Positions 1 through 10,946 of a stretch of DNA of 64,000 bases are shown in pieces. A program made the position numbers and the translations under genes. The notes below the pieces were generated by a model, which saw nothing but the letters and a program-made list of their open reading frames with translations, did not search any database and was not told where the DNA came from. Source of the DNA: Alphaproteobacteria bacterium (GTDB lineage Bacteria; Pseudomonadota; Alphaproteobacteria; Bin95); the NCBI GenBank assembly GCA_965205265.1, contig CBDBGH010000003.1, positions 2,432,001-2,496,000 on the forward strand, read 5' to 3'. Every line of letters starts with the position of its first letter. The first letter of the stretch is position 1.

Positions 1-53
1 AGGCGGAGATCGCGGAGCGGCTGGCCGCCTGGGCCAGGCGGCGCAAGCCGTGA
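1..53 (+). CDS. 3' end of upstream gene, possibly replication-associated recombination protein RarA (partial)
   Basis: Frame AEIAERLAAWARRRKP* ends in TGA overlapping the crcB GTG; rarA-crcB-rluC order is common in alphaproteobacteria. Confidence 0.35.
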   Translation, partial: AEIAERLAAWARRRKP

Positions 54-427
54 GCCTCTGGATCGCGGTCGCCGCCGGCGGGGCGCTCGGCGCGCTCGCG
101 CGCTGGTTCATGGTCTTGCAGGCGACGCGGCTTCTGGGCCCGGAGTTTCCGGCGGGCACCATGGCCGTCAACGTGCTGGGCTCGCTGGCGATGGGGCTGG
201 TGGCGGCCCTGCTGGCGCAGGGGCTTTCGCTCTCGGCCGAGCTCCGGACCTTCCTCACCGTCGGCTTCCTCGGCGGCTTCACCACCTTCTCCGCCTATTC
301 GCTGGACGCAGTCGGGCTGGCCGAACGGGGCGCGTGGGCGGGTGCGGCCTTCTACACGGCAGGCTCGGTCGCGCTCGGCATCCTCGCCTTCCTCGCCGGG
401 GCCCGATTGGCGCGGGTCCTGCTGTGA
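50..427 (+). CDS. crcB: Fluoride efflux channel CrcB/FluC
   Basis: GGALGALAR, GTMAVNVLGS and GFLGGFTTFSAY motifs; 125 aa, 4 hydrophobic helices. Confidence 0.95.
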   Translation: MSLWIAVAAGGALGALARWFMVLQATRLLGPEFPAGTMAVNVLGSLAMGLVAALLAQGLSLSAELRTFLTVGFLGGFTTFSAYSLDAVGLAERGAWAGAAFYTAGSVALGILAFLAGARLARVLL

Positions 428-1362
428 GCGGCGTTCGCCTGGAAGAGGTTGCCGCAGAGGAAGCCGGGCAGCGGCTGGACCGCTGGGTTGCGCGCCGGCG
501 ACCGGACCTGCCGCAGGGCCGGTTGCAGAAGCTGCTGCGCACGGGCCAGGTGCGCGTGGACGGACGGCGCGCGCGAGCCGGCGACCGGCTGGAAGCGGGC
601 GCGATGGTGCGGCTGCCGCCTTCCGGTCCGGCTCCGGAGGCCCGGCCCGCGCCGCTGCCCGACCGGCTGGTGGAAGAAGTGCGCGGCTGGGTGCTGCATC
701 TCGACGAGGCGGTGATCGCGCTCGACAAGCCGGCCGGTCTCGCCGTCCAGGGCGGCAAGGGCACGGCGCGTCATCTGGACGGGATGCTGGAAGCGCTGCG
801 TTTCGATGCGCCGGAGCGCCCGCGCCTCGTCCACCGGCTCGACAAGGACACGAGCGGCGTGCTGCTGCTGGCCCGCAGCGCAGCCGACGCGGCGCGGCTG
901 ACGGCGGCTTTCCGGGCGCGCGAGGCGGAGAAGCTTTACTGGGCGGTGACGGCCGGCGCGCCGGAGCCGCCCGCCGGGCGCATCGCGCTTGCGCTGGCGA
1001 AGCGCGGGCGTCCGGGCGGCGAGCGGGTCGCAGCGGATGCAGGCGGCAAGCGCGCCGTCACTGACTACGAGACGCTCGCCCGCGCCGGAAAGCGCGCCGC
1101 CCGGCTGGCGCTCCGGCCGCTGACCGGGCGCACGCACCAGCTTCGCGCGCATCTGGCCGCGATCGGCTGCCCAATCCTGGGCGACGGCAAATATGGCGGC
1201 AGGGCGGCCTTTCTGGAGGGCATCGGCCTCGAGCCGCGCCTGCATCTCCACGCCCGCACCATCGCACTGGAGCATCCGCGCGGGCGCGGCCGGCTCGAAG
1301 TCGAGGCGCCGGCGCCGCCCCTGCTTGTAAACGCCTTCCGCCTGCTGGGCCTCGATGCATAG
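424..1362 (+). CDS. rluC: RluA/RluC family pseudouridine synthase
   Basis: S4 domain (QRLDRW), KPAGLAVQGG, HRLDKDTSG, GRTHQLRAH, GDGKYG; GTG start overlaps the crcB stop. Confidence 0.9.
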   Translation: MSGVRLEEVAAEEAGQRLDRWVARRRPDLPQGRLQKLLRTGQVRVDGRRARAGDRLEAGAMVRLPPSGPAPEARPAPLPDRLVEEVRGWVLHLDEAVIALDKPAGLAVQGGKGTARHLDGMLEALRFDAPERPRLVHRLDKDTSGVLLLARSAADAARLTAAFRAREAEKLYWAVTAGAPEPPAGRIALALAKRGRPGGERVAADAGGKRAVTDYETLARAGKRAARLALRPLTGRTHQLRAHLAAIGCPILGDGKYGGRAAFLEGIGLEPRLHLHARTIALEHPRGRGRLEVEAPAPPLLVNAFRLLGLDA

Positions 1363-1454
1363 GCGATTCCGGGCCTCTCGAAAGGACCGCCTTCCTGTCG
1401 CACCGGCCGCAGCTATGCTATCTTCGCCGCCCCGGCCGCCGGGAGGTCCATGAC

Positions 1455-2027
1455 ATGAGCAGGCAGCAGGCCGCAACCGCCCGTTCCCGACGCCGTGCGA
1501 CCTACCGCGACGTGCTGGAAGCCCCGCCGCACATGGTGGCCGAAATCGTCGCCGGTACGCTGCATACGCAACCGCGCCCGGCCCCGCGCCATGCGCGCGC
1601 CGGTTCCGCGCTCGGCGCCAAGATCGGCGACCCCTTCGACTATGGCGGCGGCCCGGGCGGCTGGTGGATACTGGACGAACCGGAACTCCACCTGGGCGAG
1701 GATGTCCTTGTGCCCGACCTGGCCGGCTGGCGACGGGAGCGGATGCCGGACCTGCCCGACACCGCCTATTTCACCCTCGCCCCCGACTGGGTCTGCGAGG
1801 TGCTCTCGCCCTCGACCCGTGACCTTGACCGCCACGGCAAGCGGCCCGTCTATACGCGCGAGGGCGTGCGCCATCTCTGGTTCGTCGATCCGGCCGCGCG
1901 GGACCTGGAAGCGTTCGAACTGCGCGACGGCGCGTGGGTGCTCATCGCCGCGTTGCGCGACGACGACGCGGTCTCCGTCCCTCCGTTCGAGGCGGTCTCC
2001 TTCCCCCTCGACACCCTCTGGCCCTGA
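1455..2027 (+). CDS. Uma2 family PD-(D/E)xK endonuclease-like protein
   Basis: AEIVAGTL, VPDLAGWRRERM, APDWVCEVLSPST, HLWFVDP motifs. Confidence 0.9.
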   Translation: MSRQQAATARSRRRATYRDVLEAPPHMVAEIVAGTLHTQPRPAPRHARAGSALGAKIGDPFDYGGGPGGWWILDEPELHLGEDVLVPDLAGWRRERMPDLPDTAYFTLAPDWVCEVLSPSTRDLDRHGKRPVYTREGVRHLWFVDPAARDLEAFELRDGAWVLIAALRDDDAVSVPPFEAVSFPLDTLWP

Positions 2028-2033
2028 CGCCGC

Positions 2034-2522
2034 TCAGGCCGCCAACTCCTTCCGGTAAAGTGCCTCGGTCGCTTCGTCGAAGCAGGCGAAGACGATGCGC
2101 GCAAAGCCGGCGCCATGGGCCTGCGCCCCGGCGACGGCAATACCGGCAGCGCGGTCCGGCGGGAAGCCGTAAACGCCGGTGGAGATGGCCGGAAAGGCGA
2201 TGGAATCGAGGCCGTGCTCGCGGGCGAGCGCGAAGCAATTGCGGTAGCAGGCGGCCAGTAGCACGTCTTCGGTTCCCGCGCCGCGCCAGACAGGCCCGAC
2301 CGTGTGAATGACATGGCGGGCCGGCAGACGATAGCCGGCGGTGATGCGCGCCTCACCGGTCGGGCAGCCGCCGAGCGTGCGGCATTCGGCCAGCAATTCG
2401 GGTCCGGCGGCCCGGTGGATGGCTCCGTCCACCCCGCCGCCGCCGAGCAGCGTCTCGTTGGCGGCATTGACGATGGCATCCACCCCAAGCGTCGTGATGT
2501 CGCCCCGGAACAGTTTGATCAT
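2034..2522 (-). CDS. Macro domain O-acetyl-ADP-ribose deacetylase (YmdB-like)
   Basis: [45 protein letters not shown]; ATG at 2522. Confidence 0.93.
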   Translation of the reverse strand: MIKLFRGDITTLGVDAIVNAANETLLGGGGVDGAIHRAAGPELLAECRTLGGCPTGEARITAGYRLPARHVIHTVGPVWRGAGTEDVLLAACYRNCFALAREHGLDSIAFPAISTGVYGFPPDRAAGIAVAGAQAHGAGFARIVFACFDEATEALYRKELAA

Positions 2523-3865
2523 GGCCGTGTCTCCTCTTCCCTGTGCCTTCGCCAGAGCGGGCGCAGCAGCAGCAGGCCCGGCAGGCAGGCGAGCGCCGTC
2601 AGCGCGAAGAAGGCGTTCCAGTCCCCGCCCAGACTGTCCACGATCCAGCCCGACGGCGCGGAGAGCACGATCCGGGCGGACGCCATGAGCGAGGAGAGCA
2701 GCGCAAACTGCATCATCGTATAGGAGATGTTGCAGAGGCTCATGAGGTAAGCGAGAAAGGCCGTGGTGCCGAGCCCGGCAGTGAAGCCTTCCAGCGCGGC
2801 GACGCCGGCCAGCCACCCAATGTCGTGCCCCGCTTCGTTGAGCGGGATGAAGGCCAGGTTCGAGAGCGCCTGCAGGACGCCCGCCGCCAGCAGGCTCGGC
2901 AGCAGGCCCAACGCATGGACCGCGAGGCCGCCCGCGAGAATGCCAGCCAGCGAGGCGATGAAGCCGCCCGTCTCGACCGCCGCCGCAATCTCCGTCTTGG
3001 AGAAGCCGAGCTCGATATAGAACGGGATGGCCATGGCGGCGAGCGCGGCGTCGCCGAGCTTGTAGAACAGGATGAAGGCCAGCACTGCGCCCCATCCGGG
3101 CCGGGCGAAGAATTCGGCGAGCGGCGCTACGGCCGCGCCGGCGAACCGCGCGGCGGCGGCCCCGCCCCAGGCCGCCGCCCAGCCGGCCAGCCGGCGCTCC
3201 CGCGCCTCGGCCTCGGGATCGGCGCCGCGCGCCGGTTCGGGCGCAAGCAGGGTGACGGCGACGCCGACCAGCAGCAGCGCCGCCATGACGGCATGCGCGC
3301 CCGCCCAGCCGAGCGCGTCCGCGAGGAACAGCCCGCCCGCGCCGGAGACGAACATGCCGACCCGGAAGCCTTTCACGAAGACCGCCGCGCCGGGCCCGTA
3401 CTGGCCTTCGTCCAGAATCTCGATGCGGTAGGCGTCCAGCACGACGTCCTGGCTCGCGGAGGAAAAGGCGACCAGGCAGGCGAACAACGCGACGACGCCG
3501 AGGTCGGCCGTCGGGTCGGAGAGCCCGAGCCCGGCAATTGCCGCCATGCAGGCGATATGGGTCGCCAGCATCCAGCCCCGCCGCCGGCCGAAGCGGCGCG
3601 TCAGCCAGGGCAGCCTCAGCCGGTCGATGCCCGGCGCCCAGAGGAATTTCAGGCCGTAGATCGCCGTGACGAGGGTGAACAGGCCGATGCTGGTCCGGTC
3701 CACGCCGGCCTCGGCGAGCCGGGCGCTCAGCACCTTCACGGTCAGCATCAGCGGCAGGCCGCTGGAGAAGCCGAGCGCCAGCATCATGGCGACGCGCCGG
3801 CTCCGGAAGGCGTCCGCCGGTCGGTGCAACCGGCCGGACCGAACAGGCGCGGGCGCTGTTTCCAT
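2519..3865 (-). CDS. ampG: AmpG family muropeptide MFS transporter
   Basis: [40 protein letters not shown] motifs. Confidence 0.9.
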   Translation of the reverse strand: METAPAPVRSGRLHRPADAFRSRRVAMMLALGFSSGLPLMLTVKVLSARLAEAGVDRTSIGLFTLVTAIYGLKFLWAPGIDRLRLPWLTRRFGRRRGWMLATHIACMAAIAGLGLSDPTADLGVVALFACLVAFSSASQDVVLDAYRIEILDEGQYGPGAAVFVKGFRVGMFVSGAGGLFLADALGWAGAHAVMAALLLVGVAVTLLAPEPARGADPEAEARERRLAGWAAAWGGAAAARFAGAAVAPLAEFFARPGWGAVLAFILFYKLGDAALAAMAIPFYIELGFSKTEIAAAVETGGFIASLAGILAGGLAVHALGLLPSLLAAGVLQALSNLAFIPLNEAGHDIGWLAGVAALEGFTAGLGTTAFLAYLMSLCNISYTMMQFALLSSLMASARIVLSAPSGWIVDSLGGDWNAFFALTALACLPGLLLLRPLWRRHREEETRP

Positions 3866-3879
3866 TCGGACGCTTCGCC

Positions 3880-5544
3880 TCAGGCCGGCGGGGGGATGTC
3901 GCCGCCGTCGGCCACCGGATATACGCGGAGCGGGCGTTCGCGTCCGCGAATCTCCACCAGGCGCGACGGAATGGCGGAGAAGTCCGCCCCGGCGAGGCGC
4001 ACGACGCGCTGCGAGATCACGGCCTGGCAGGCGAACTCCTTGGTCATCGGCTCCAGCCGGCTCGCGACATTGACGGCGTCCCCGATGGCGGTGACCGAGG
4101 TGGCACGGCTATAGCCCATCTCGCCGACGATGACGGCGCCGGCATGGAGGCCGACGCCGATGCGCAACGGCTCGGAAAGCTCCTCGCCGAGTGCGGTATT
4201 GAGCTCGCCGAGCGCCGCCGCCATGGCGCGCACCGCCTCCAGCGCGTTCCGGCAGCCCTCGCGGGGGTCGCCGTCGATGCCGAACAGCGCCATCACCCCG
4301 TCGCCGATGAACTTGTCCACATGGCCGCCCGCCTCCTCGACCGCGCGGCCCATGGCGAGAAAGTAGCGGTTCAGCAGAAAGACCACATCATAGGGCAGCT
4401 TGTCCTCGGACAGCTTGGTGAAGGCGCGCAGGTCCGCGAACAGGATGGCGATCTCGCGTTCCGCGCCCTGCTGGCTGCCGGTCCGCGCCCGCGCTTCCGC
4501 CGGCCCGGCCGAGGCCGGCAGCAGGGGCATGAGCGTCACGTCGCCCGCGGGAACCGTCTGGCAGGCGAGGCGCACCCGCTCCGGCGCGCCGATGCGGCCC
4601 AGCAGCGCGCGTTCGCCGTCGGCCGGCGGCGGCAGCGCGTCGAAGCCCCGTGACACATGCACCCGGCAGGTGGAGCAGCGCCCACGCCCGCCGCAGACCG
4701 AGGCATGGGGGATGCCGGCGGCGCGGCTCACCTCCAGCAGCGTCGCGCCGGGTTCGGCCCGCACCGTGCGCCCGTCGGGATAGGTGACGCGGACCGGCCG
4801 CTGGCGCCGCGCCCGGAGCGCGCGGACCAGCCGCCACGCCACCAGCGTGGCCACGCCCATGCCGGTCATGGCGCTCATGCGCGCCTCGATACCCTGCACC
4901 CATTCGACGCCCTCGCGGCCGGGGAAGCGGATTTCTTCGAGCATCGCGCCGACCCAGCCGGAGTCGGCCGCCGCCAGCGCCAATATGTCCCTGCCCCCGA
5001 CCGCGAAGCCTGCCAGCGCCAGCGCCGGCAGCAGCAGGGCGGCGGCGAAGAAGAACGGCAGGCCGTTTCGGTACCAGGGCTGCAGCCTCAGCCAGAAATG
5101 GATGCCGATGCAGCCATGCGTCCAGGCCGCGGCCATGAGCGCGATCTGCTGCAACGGTTCGTTCCAGGTCGCCCAGAGGACGAAGGGATAGCTCGGGTCC
5201 ATGCCGAACCGCAGCGAGAGCCCGAGCGTGCCCAGCATATGCAGGCAGAGCAGGAAGGGAATCGCCAGGCCCAGAAGCTGCTGCGCTGCTTCCCAGACCG
5301 GCATTCTGAGATCGCGCTTGCGGAAGAGCCGCGCGACCGAGAGCGCGCCGTGCATGGCGAAGCTGCCGACCAGCAGCACGATGCCGGGCGGGCTGCGCCA
5401 GATGGCGGCGAAGACGCGCCGCCCGGCCTCCATCGCCTCCACCGAAGCGAGGCCGAATGTATGGTTCAGCAGGTGGCCTGCGACATAGACGAACAGGACG
5501 ACGCCGCTCCAGAGCCGGAGCTGCTGGATCAGGCGGCCGCGCAT
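3880..5544 (-). CDS. Membrane adenylate/guanylate cyclase with 2Fe-2S ferredoxin domain
   Basis: N-terminal TM helices, [14 protein letters not shown]...[30 protein letters not shown]. Confidence 0.93.
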   Translation of the reverse strand: MRGRLIQQLRLWSGVVLFVYVAGHLLNHTFGLASVEAMEAGRRVFAAIWRSPPGIVLLVGSFAMHGALSVARLFRKRDLRMPVWEAAQQLLGLAIPFLLCLHMLGTLGLSLRFGMDPSYPFVLWATWNEPLQQIALMAAAWTHGCIGIHFWLRLQPWYRNGLPFFFAAALLLPALALAGFAVGGRDILALAAADSGWVGAMLEEIRFPGREGVEWVQGIEARMSAMTGMGVATLVAWRLVRALRARRQRPVRVTYPDGRTVRAEPGATLLEVSRAAGIPHASVCGGRGRCSTCRVHVSRGFDALPPPADGERALLGRIGAPERVRLACQTVPAGDVTLMPLLPASAGPAEARARTGSQQGAEREIAILFADLRAFTKLSEDKLPYDVVFLLNRYFLAMGRAVEEAGGHVDKFIGDGVMALFGIDGDPREGCRNALEAVRAMAAALGELNTALGEELSEPLRIGVGLHAGAVIVGEMGYSRATSVTAIGDAVNVASRLEPMTKEFACQAVISQRVVRLAGADFSAIPSRLVEIRGRERPLRVYPVADGGDIPPPA

Positions 5545-6596
5545 GGGTTCCCGATGCCCGGGGACGCGGCGGCGGCGTCAACGCCGCCATTCGCAACGTT
5601 CGCCGCGTTCAAAGCGGCGGCGGGCAGGCAGGCCAGCGGTTCGTCGGGCCGTGCTCCCATCTGCTCGATAATCCGCCCGGCCGCGAGGCTGCCCAGCCAG
5701 GCGCATTCGGCGAGTGGGCGGGACCGGGTATAGGCATGCAGGAAGCCGGCGGCGTAGAGGTCGCCGGCCCCGGTCGTGTCCGCGAGCCGGGCGACCCGCG
5801 CGGCCGGCACCTCCTCGCGCCCTGCACCCGACACGATGAGCGAACCTTGCGCACTCCGCGTAAGCGCCGCCGTTTCGACGATCCCCGAGACCATGTTCGC
5901 GGCGTCCCGGAGATCGGCGGCGCCGGTCAGCGAAACCGCCTCCTCCTCGTTCGCGAACAGGATGTCCACCCGCTCCGCGATCAGTTCCAGAAAGGTCTCC
6001 CGGTGCCGGTCCACGCAGAACGGGTCGGAGAGGGTGAGCGCGACCCGGCGCCCGGCGGCGCGGGCGGCATCGGCGAGCTTCACCATTGCCGCCTTGGCCG
6101 CGGGCGCATCCCACAGATAGCCTTCCAGGTAGGTGACGGCCGCCTCGGCCGCAGCGGCTTCGTCAATGTCCGCCGGCTCGATCTCGGCGGCGGCGCCCAG
6201 CATGGTGAGCATGCTGCGCTGGGCATCGGGCGTCACGAAAACCAGGCAGCGCCCCGTGGCGGCGCCGACGGTTGCGGCCGGCGTGTCGAACCGCACGCCC
6301 GCCTCGCGGATGTCGCGGCGAAAGGCGGCGCCGGCACCGTCGTCCCGCACCCGCCCGATATAGCCCGCCCGGGCACCGAGCGAGGCAATGCCCGCGGCCG
6401 TGTTGGCCGCCGAGCCGCCCGACCTCTCGGCGGCCGGAACGACCTTGCCGTGAAGCTCTGCGGCGCGGGCCTCGCCGATCAGGGTCATCACGCCCTTTCC
6501 GACGCCATGACCGGCGAGCCAGCCGTCATCGACACGAACCAGCACATCCAGCATGGCGTTTCCGACGGCAAGCACATCGAGGGAGGCGTCGCTCAT
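5529..6596 (-). CDS. PfkB family kinase (adenosine kinase-like)
   Basis: GGSAANT, YLEGYLWD, LFANEEE, DTTGAGDLYAAGF. Confidence 0.9.
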   Translation of the reverse strand: MSDASLDVLAVGNAMLDVLVRVDDGWLAGHGVGKGVMTLIGEARAAELHGKVVPAAERSGGSAANTAAGIASLGARAGYIGRVRDDGAGAAFRRDIREAGVRFDTPAATVGAATGRCLVFVTPDAQRSMLTMLGAAAEIEPADIDEAAAAEAAVTYLEGYLWDAPAAKAAMVKLADAARAAGRRVALTLSDPFCVDRHRETFLELIAERVDILFANEEEAVSLTGAADLRDAANMVSGIVETAALTRSAQGSLIVSGAGREEVPAARVARLADTTGAGDLYAAGFLHAYTRSRPLAECAWLGSLAAGRIIEQMGARPDEPLACLPAAALNAANVANGGVDAAAASPGIGNPCAAA

Positions 6597-6692
6597 GTCA
6601 GCTCCGGCGCGCGGGGAACGGCGGCGAGTATAAGGAGGTCGGCGCCGGAAAGCCCGCCGCGATATCGGTGTCCGGTTACAGGGCCGGGGCGC

Positions 6693-8111
6693 TCACGCGA
6701 CCACCTTGCCGGGGTTCATCAGGCCGTCGGGATCGAGGGCGCGCTTGACGACCTGCATCATCTCGATCTCCGGACCGGGCTTGTAGTGGGTGATCTCATC
6801 CACCTTGAGCCGCCCGACGCCGTGCTCGGCAGAGACGGACCCGTCGAGCGCATTGACGATGTCGTGGACGGCGGCATTCAGCTCGTCCCAGCGCGCGAGA
6901 TAGGCCTGCTTGTCGGCGCCGACCGGTTGCGAGACGTTGTAGTGGATATTGCCGTCGCCGACATGGCCGAAGGGGCAGGGCCGGGCGCCGGGAATGGTGC
7001 GCGCGACGGCTTCGTCAGCGGCTTCGATGAAGTCCGCGACCCGGCTCACCGGCACCGAGATGTCGTGCTTGATCGAGCCGCCTTCCGGAATCTGCGCCTC
7101 GACCACCGCTTCGCGGATGCGCCAGAGGGCGGTCGCCTGCGCGCCGCTGTCGGCGATGGTCGCGTCCAGCACCAGCCCGTCCTCGAAGGCCTGTCCCAGC
7201 GCCTCCTCGACGATCTCGCGCAGCCCCGAGCCTTCGCGGCCGGCATCGGCGCGCAGGAGCGCGTAGTGGGCGAAGGTCCGATCGAACGGGTCGCGCACGC
7301 CCGGCACATGCTTCAAGGCCAGATCGATGCCGAAGCGCCCGATATATTCGAAGGCGGAAACCTGGTCGCCCGTAGCGGCGCGCAGGCGCGAGAGCAGCTC
7401 GATCACATGCGGGATCGAGGGCAGCGCGGCGAAGGCCGTCACCTCCTCGCGGGGCCTGGGGAAGAGCTTGACGCAGGCCGCCGTCAAGATGCCGAGCGTG
7501 CCTTCGCCGCCGATGAAAAGCTGCTTCAGGTCGTAGCCGGTATTGTCCTTGCGCAGGCGCCTGAGGCCGTTCCAGATGCGCCCGTCCGGCAGCACTGCCT
7601 CCAGCCCCAGCACCAGCTCGCGCATATTGCCGTAGCGCAGCGTGTTGATGCCGCCGGCATTGGTCGAGATATTGCCGCCGACGGTGCAGCTTCCCTCGGC
7701 GCCGAGGCTGAGCGGGAACAGCCGGTCGGCTTCCTCGGCCGCCGCCTGGACATGCTGGAGGATGCAGCCGGCCTCGACCGTCATGGTGTAGTTGAGCGCG
7801 TCCAGTTCCCGGACGCGGTTCATGCGCCCGAGGCTTACCAGAAGCTGGCTGCCGTCCTCCGCCGGCACGGCTCCGCCGCAAAGCCCGGTATTGCCGCCCT
7901 GCGGCACGATGGCGACGCCCGCTTCGCGGCAGAGCCGGACGACGGCCGATACCTGCTCGGTCGTGGCCGGGCGGGCGACGAAGGGCGCGGCGCCGCGATA
8001 GAGGCCGCGCGGCTCGACCAGAAGCGGCGCCAGCTCATCCGGGTCGGCGGAGAGCCCGCGCTCGCCCAGAAGCGCCCTCAGCGGCTCCGCCAATGCCTCG
8101 GCCCTCGCCAT
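6693..8111 (-). CDS. FAD-binding oxidoreductase (D-2-hydroxyglutarate/D-lactate dehydrogenase-like)
   Basis: PQGGNTGLCGG, STNAGG, LRKDNTGYDL, FGHVGDGNIH, SAEHGVG, NPGKV. Confidence 0.92.
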   Translation of the reverse strand: MARAEALAEPLRALLGERGLSADPDELAPLLVEPRGLYRGAAPFVARPATTEQVSAVVRLCREAGVAIVPQGGNTGLCGGAVPAEDGSQLLVSLGRMNRVRELDALNYTMTVEAGCILQHVQAAAEEADRLFPLSLGAEGSCTVGGNISTNAGGINTLRYGNMRELVLGLEAVLPDGRIWNGLRRLRKDNTGYDLKQLFIGGEGTLGILTAACVKLFPRPREEVTAFAALPSIPHVIELLSRLRAATGDQVSAFEYIGRFGIDLALKHVPGVRDPFDRTFAHYALLRADAGREGSGLREIVEEALGQAFEDGLVLDATIADSGAQATALWRIREAVVEAQIPEGGSIKHDISVPVSRVADFIEAADEAVARTIPGARPCPFGHVGDGNIHYNVSQPVGADKQAYLARWDELNAAVHDIVNALDGSVSAEHGVGRLKVDEITHYKPGPEIEMMQVVKRALDPDGLMNPGKVVA

Positions 8112-8241
8112 CTCCCGATTTCCCTTCAAGCGAACGGGACGCGCTCACATAAGCGCCGCCTGCCGCCGCCGCAAGGGCAAGCCTTTGACATGACCGGAAC
8201 CGACTGCTAGTGGACGGCGTATCGAACCGTCGAGTTTCCCC

Positions 8242-8454
8242 ATGGCGAACACCTATACCGCTGTCGTGGAACGTTGCGCCGAAACTGGGCTCTATGTCGG
8301 CTACGTTCCCGGTTTTCCCGGCGCTTACAGCCAAGGCGAAACGATGGAAGAACTCAACGAAAATCTGATTGAGGTTATTTCAATGCTGCTGGCCGATGGC
8401 GAGCCTGAGATGGAAGGAGACTATATCGGCACCCAGACGGTTGTAGTCGCATAA
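8242..8454 (+). CDS. hicB: HicB family antitoxin
   Basis: YVGYVPGFPGAYSQGETMEEL..NL.EVI pattern, 70 aa. Confidence 0.88.
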   Translation: MANTYTAVVERCAETGLYVGYVPGFPGAYSQGETMEELNENLIEVISMLLADGEPEMEGDYIGTQTVVVA

Positions 8455-8572
8455 CCTGATGTTTTTCTTCTTTTCGGGCCGGGGAGAAGCATCCGATGTG
8501 CATTCGTCACCGTCACAATCCGGAAGTGGGAACAAAGAACCTGTTTCATCCACTACTCCAGAGGTGCTTTTC

Positions 8573-8797
8573 GTGAGTCTCCCGGTTCTCAAGCCGCGAG
8601 AGGTGATTTCTATTCTTGTTTCTCTCGGATTTCGAGAGATGCGCCAGCGAGGCTCCCACAAGCAATTCCGCCACGAAGACGGGCGAACAGCGACAGTACC
8701 GGTGCATGGCGGCAGGGATATTTCACCGATTCTGCTCCGGCAGATCGCACGTGGGGCGGGCCTGACCGTCCAGGAATTCGTCGCGCGGCGCAAATAG
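8573..8797 (+). CDS. hicA: HicA family mRNA interferase toxin
   Basis: LGFREMRQRGSHKQFRH, TVPVHGGRDI; GTG at 8573 after GAGGTG. Confidence 0.9.
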   Translation: MSLPVLKPREVISILVSLGFREMRQRGSHKQFRHEDGRTATVPVHGGRDISPILLRQIARGAGLTVQEFVARRK

Positions 8798-8803
8798 ACG
8801 CCA

Positions 8804-9862
8804 CTATCCCGAAGCTTCCGCCAGCTCCCAGGCGCGTTCGGCCATGAGCAGGCCGAGGCGGCCGACCTCCTCGGCATTGTCGGAGGCGGCGTTGCCGGCG
8901 AGGCCGCGGGCGCGCACGCCGTCCAGGATCGAGGCGAAGCGGAACATGGCGTGGACATTGTGGACCGGCGTCAGCCCGTCGGCGCGCCCGGCGGCGAGGC
9001 GGTAGGCCTCCACGAACTCGTCCTGCTCCGGAATGCCGAGCGCGCGCCGGTCGAGGTCGCGCACGCCCCAGTATTCGCCCGAGGTGGTGTTGAACAGGAT
9101 GCAGAGATAGGCGAGGTCGGAGAGCGGGTGTCCGAGCGTCGCGAGCTCCCAGTCGAACACGGCGACGACGCGGGGCTCCGAGGCATGGAACATGACATTG
9201 CCGACCCGGAAATCGCCGTGCGCAACGCGCGTCTCGTCGCCATCGGGCATGCGCGCCGGCAGCCAGTCCATCAGCCGGTACATCTCCGGGATCTCGCGCG
9301 TCGCCGTCTCGCGGTAATTGCGCGCCCAGCGGTTGAACTGGCGCTCGAAATAATTGCCGGGACGCCCGAAACCGCCGAGCCCGACCGCGTTCGGATCGAC
9401 CTTGTGCAGCGCCGCCAGCACCTCCGCCAGCGCGCGGTACATGACGCGCCGCTCCTCCGGCTCGACGCCGGGTATGGCGCTGTCGGTATAGACGCGGCCC
9501 CGCATCCGCTCCATGACATAGAAGGGCGTGCCGATCACGCTCTCGTCATCGCAATAGAGATACTGCGTTGCGACCGGCACGGGCGTGTCGGCCAGCGCCT
9601 TCTGCACCCGGTATTCCCGGTCCACGGCATGCGCCGAGGGCAGCAGCTCGCCGGGCGGCTTCTTGCGCAGCACATATTCGGCATTGGGCCAGGCGAGCAC
9701 GAAGGTCGGGTTGGACTGGCCGTAACCGAACTGGCGCACCCGGAGCCGGCCTTCCGTGTCCGGCAGCCGGTCCTTGAGCCAGGCGTCCAGCGCTGCCTCG
9801 TCGAAGCGGTGCGCCTCGCGCACATCGGCAAGGCGCGTGCCCTCCCCCGGATCGATCGCCAT
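8804..9862 (-). CDS. APH-like phosphotransferase (ACAD10/11 N-terminal type)
   Basis: GQSNPT, VLRKKPPG, SAHAVDREY, HGDFRVGN, DWELATLGHP. Confidence 0.9.
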   Translation of the reverse strand: MAIDPGEGTRLADVREAHRFDEAALDAWLKDRLPDTEGRLRVRQFGYGQSNPTFVLAWPNAEYVLRKKPPGELLPSAHAVDREYRVQKALADTPVPVATQYLYCDDESVIGTPFYVMERMRGRVYTDSAIPGVEPEERRVMYRALAEVLAALHKVDPNAVGLGGFGRPGNYFERQFNRWARNYRETATREIPEMYRLMDWLPARMPDGDETRVAHGDFRVGNVMFHASEPRVVAVFDWELATLGHPLSDLAYLCILFNTTSGEYWGVRDLDRRALGIPEQDEFVEAYRLAAGRADGLTPVHNVHAMFRFASILDGVRARGLAGNAASDNAEEVGRLGLLMAERAWELAEASG

Positions 9863-9992
9863 GGCCGCCCGCTCCGTTCCGCTGCGCCGGCCACGATAGG
9901 CGGCGGCGGTCGCGCCCGCAACGCCGCCCCGCCCGGTCGCGCAGGCCGCGCGGATGGGGCATGATGGCGATTCGGGCAGGGAGGCAGAACCG

Positions 9993-10931
9993 ATGAAGAT
10001 TGCAGCGGCGCGCGACTTCCACGATCTGGTGGCGGAGAGGGCGGCGGCCATCCGCTCCGACATCGAATGGGCGCTCTCGGACGCGAGCGGCGGATGGACC
10101 GTTCCGCCCGAAGGCTCGGACGCCATCGTCTATGCGGGCACCGCCTACACGGACAGCTTCGTGGACGACATGCTCTCGATCACGCCGCCGAAATGGGCGC
10201 ATACGGAAGACGCCGGCATAGACGGGCGCTTCTATGACGGCATGCGCGCCAGCGGCGTGCCCGTGACGCACAGCCCCGGCGCCAACGCGCCGGAAGTGGC
10301 CGAGCTTGCCTTCGCCGGCCTCATGTGGGGGGCGAAGCGGCTCGGCGAATTGCGCGGCCAGCAGGAGGCCCACAAATGGGGCAAGCTCATGCTGCCGGGC
10401 TTGAGCGCCACGACCGTGCTCATCGTCGGGCTCGGCAATATCGGCGGCCTCGTCGCGCAATACGCCAAGGCGTTCGGCATGACGGTCCACGGCATCAGGC
10501 GCTCGCCCGAGCCGGTCCCCGGCGTGGACCGCCAGGGGACTATGGGCGACCTCGCGGCCTTCCTGCCGGACGCGGATTTCGTCGTGCTCGCGCTCCCGAT
10601 TTCGGACGACACGGCCGGCATGATCGACCGGGCGGCGCTTGCCGCCATGAAGGAGACGGCCGTGCTGGTCAATGTCGGCCGCGGCGCGCTGGTCGATATC
10701 GACGCGCTTCGCGACGCGCTCGGCTCGGGCGCCATCGCATCGGCCTTCCTGGACGTGCTGCCGGTCGAGCCCTGGCCCGCCGACAGCGACCTCTGGGACG
10801 TGCCGAACCTGTTCATCACGCCGCATAACGGCTCGCTCAGCCCCCTCTACGCCGTGCGCGTGGGCGAGATCTGGCTGGAGAACCTGAAGCGCTTCACCGC
10901 CGGCGAGCCGCTGCTGCACCGCGCGTTCTGA
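9993..10931 (+). CDS. D-2-hydroxyacid dehydrogenase
   Basis: GLGNIG, VNVGRG, FLDVLPVEP, ITPH. Confidence 0.9.
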   Translation: MKIAAARDFHDLVAERAAAIRSDIEWALSDASGGWTVPPEGSDAIVYAGTAYTDSFVDDMLSITPPKWAHTEDAGIDGRFYDGMRASGVPVTHSPGANAPEVAELAFAGLMWGAKRLGELRGQQEAHKWGKLMLPGLSATTVLIVGLGNIGGLVAQYAKAFGMTVHGIRRSPEPVPGVDRQGTMGDLAAFLPDADFVVLALPISDDTAGMIDRAALAAMKETAVLVNVGRGALVDIDALRDALGSGAIASAFLDVLPVEPWPADSDLWDVPNLFITPHNGSLSPLYAVRVGEIWLENLKRFTAGEPLLHRAF

Positions 10932-10946
10932 AGACGGGCGCCCTCG

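Noticed and set aside
5457-8210. 917-aa plus-strand ORF and similar long ORFs (30360-33137, 24003-26495, 55067-57163, 15399-17558)
   Set aside because: Antisense or alternative-frame shadows of well-supported genes, expected at high GC; no motifs
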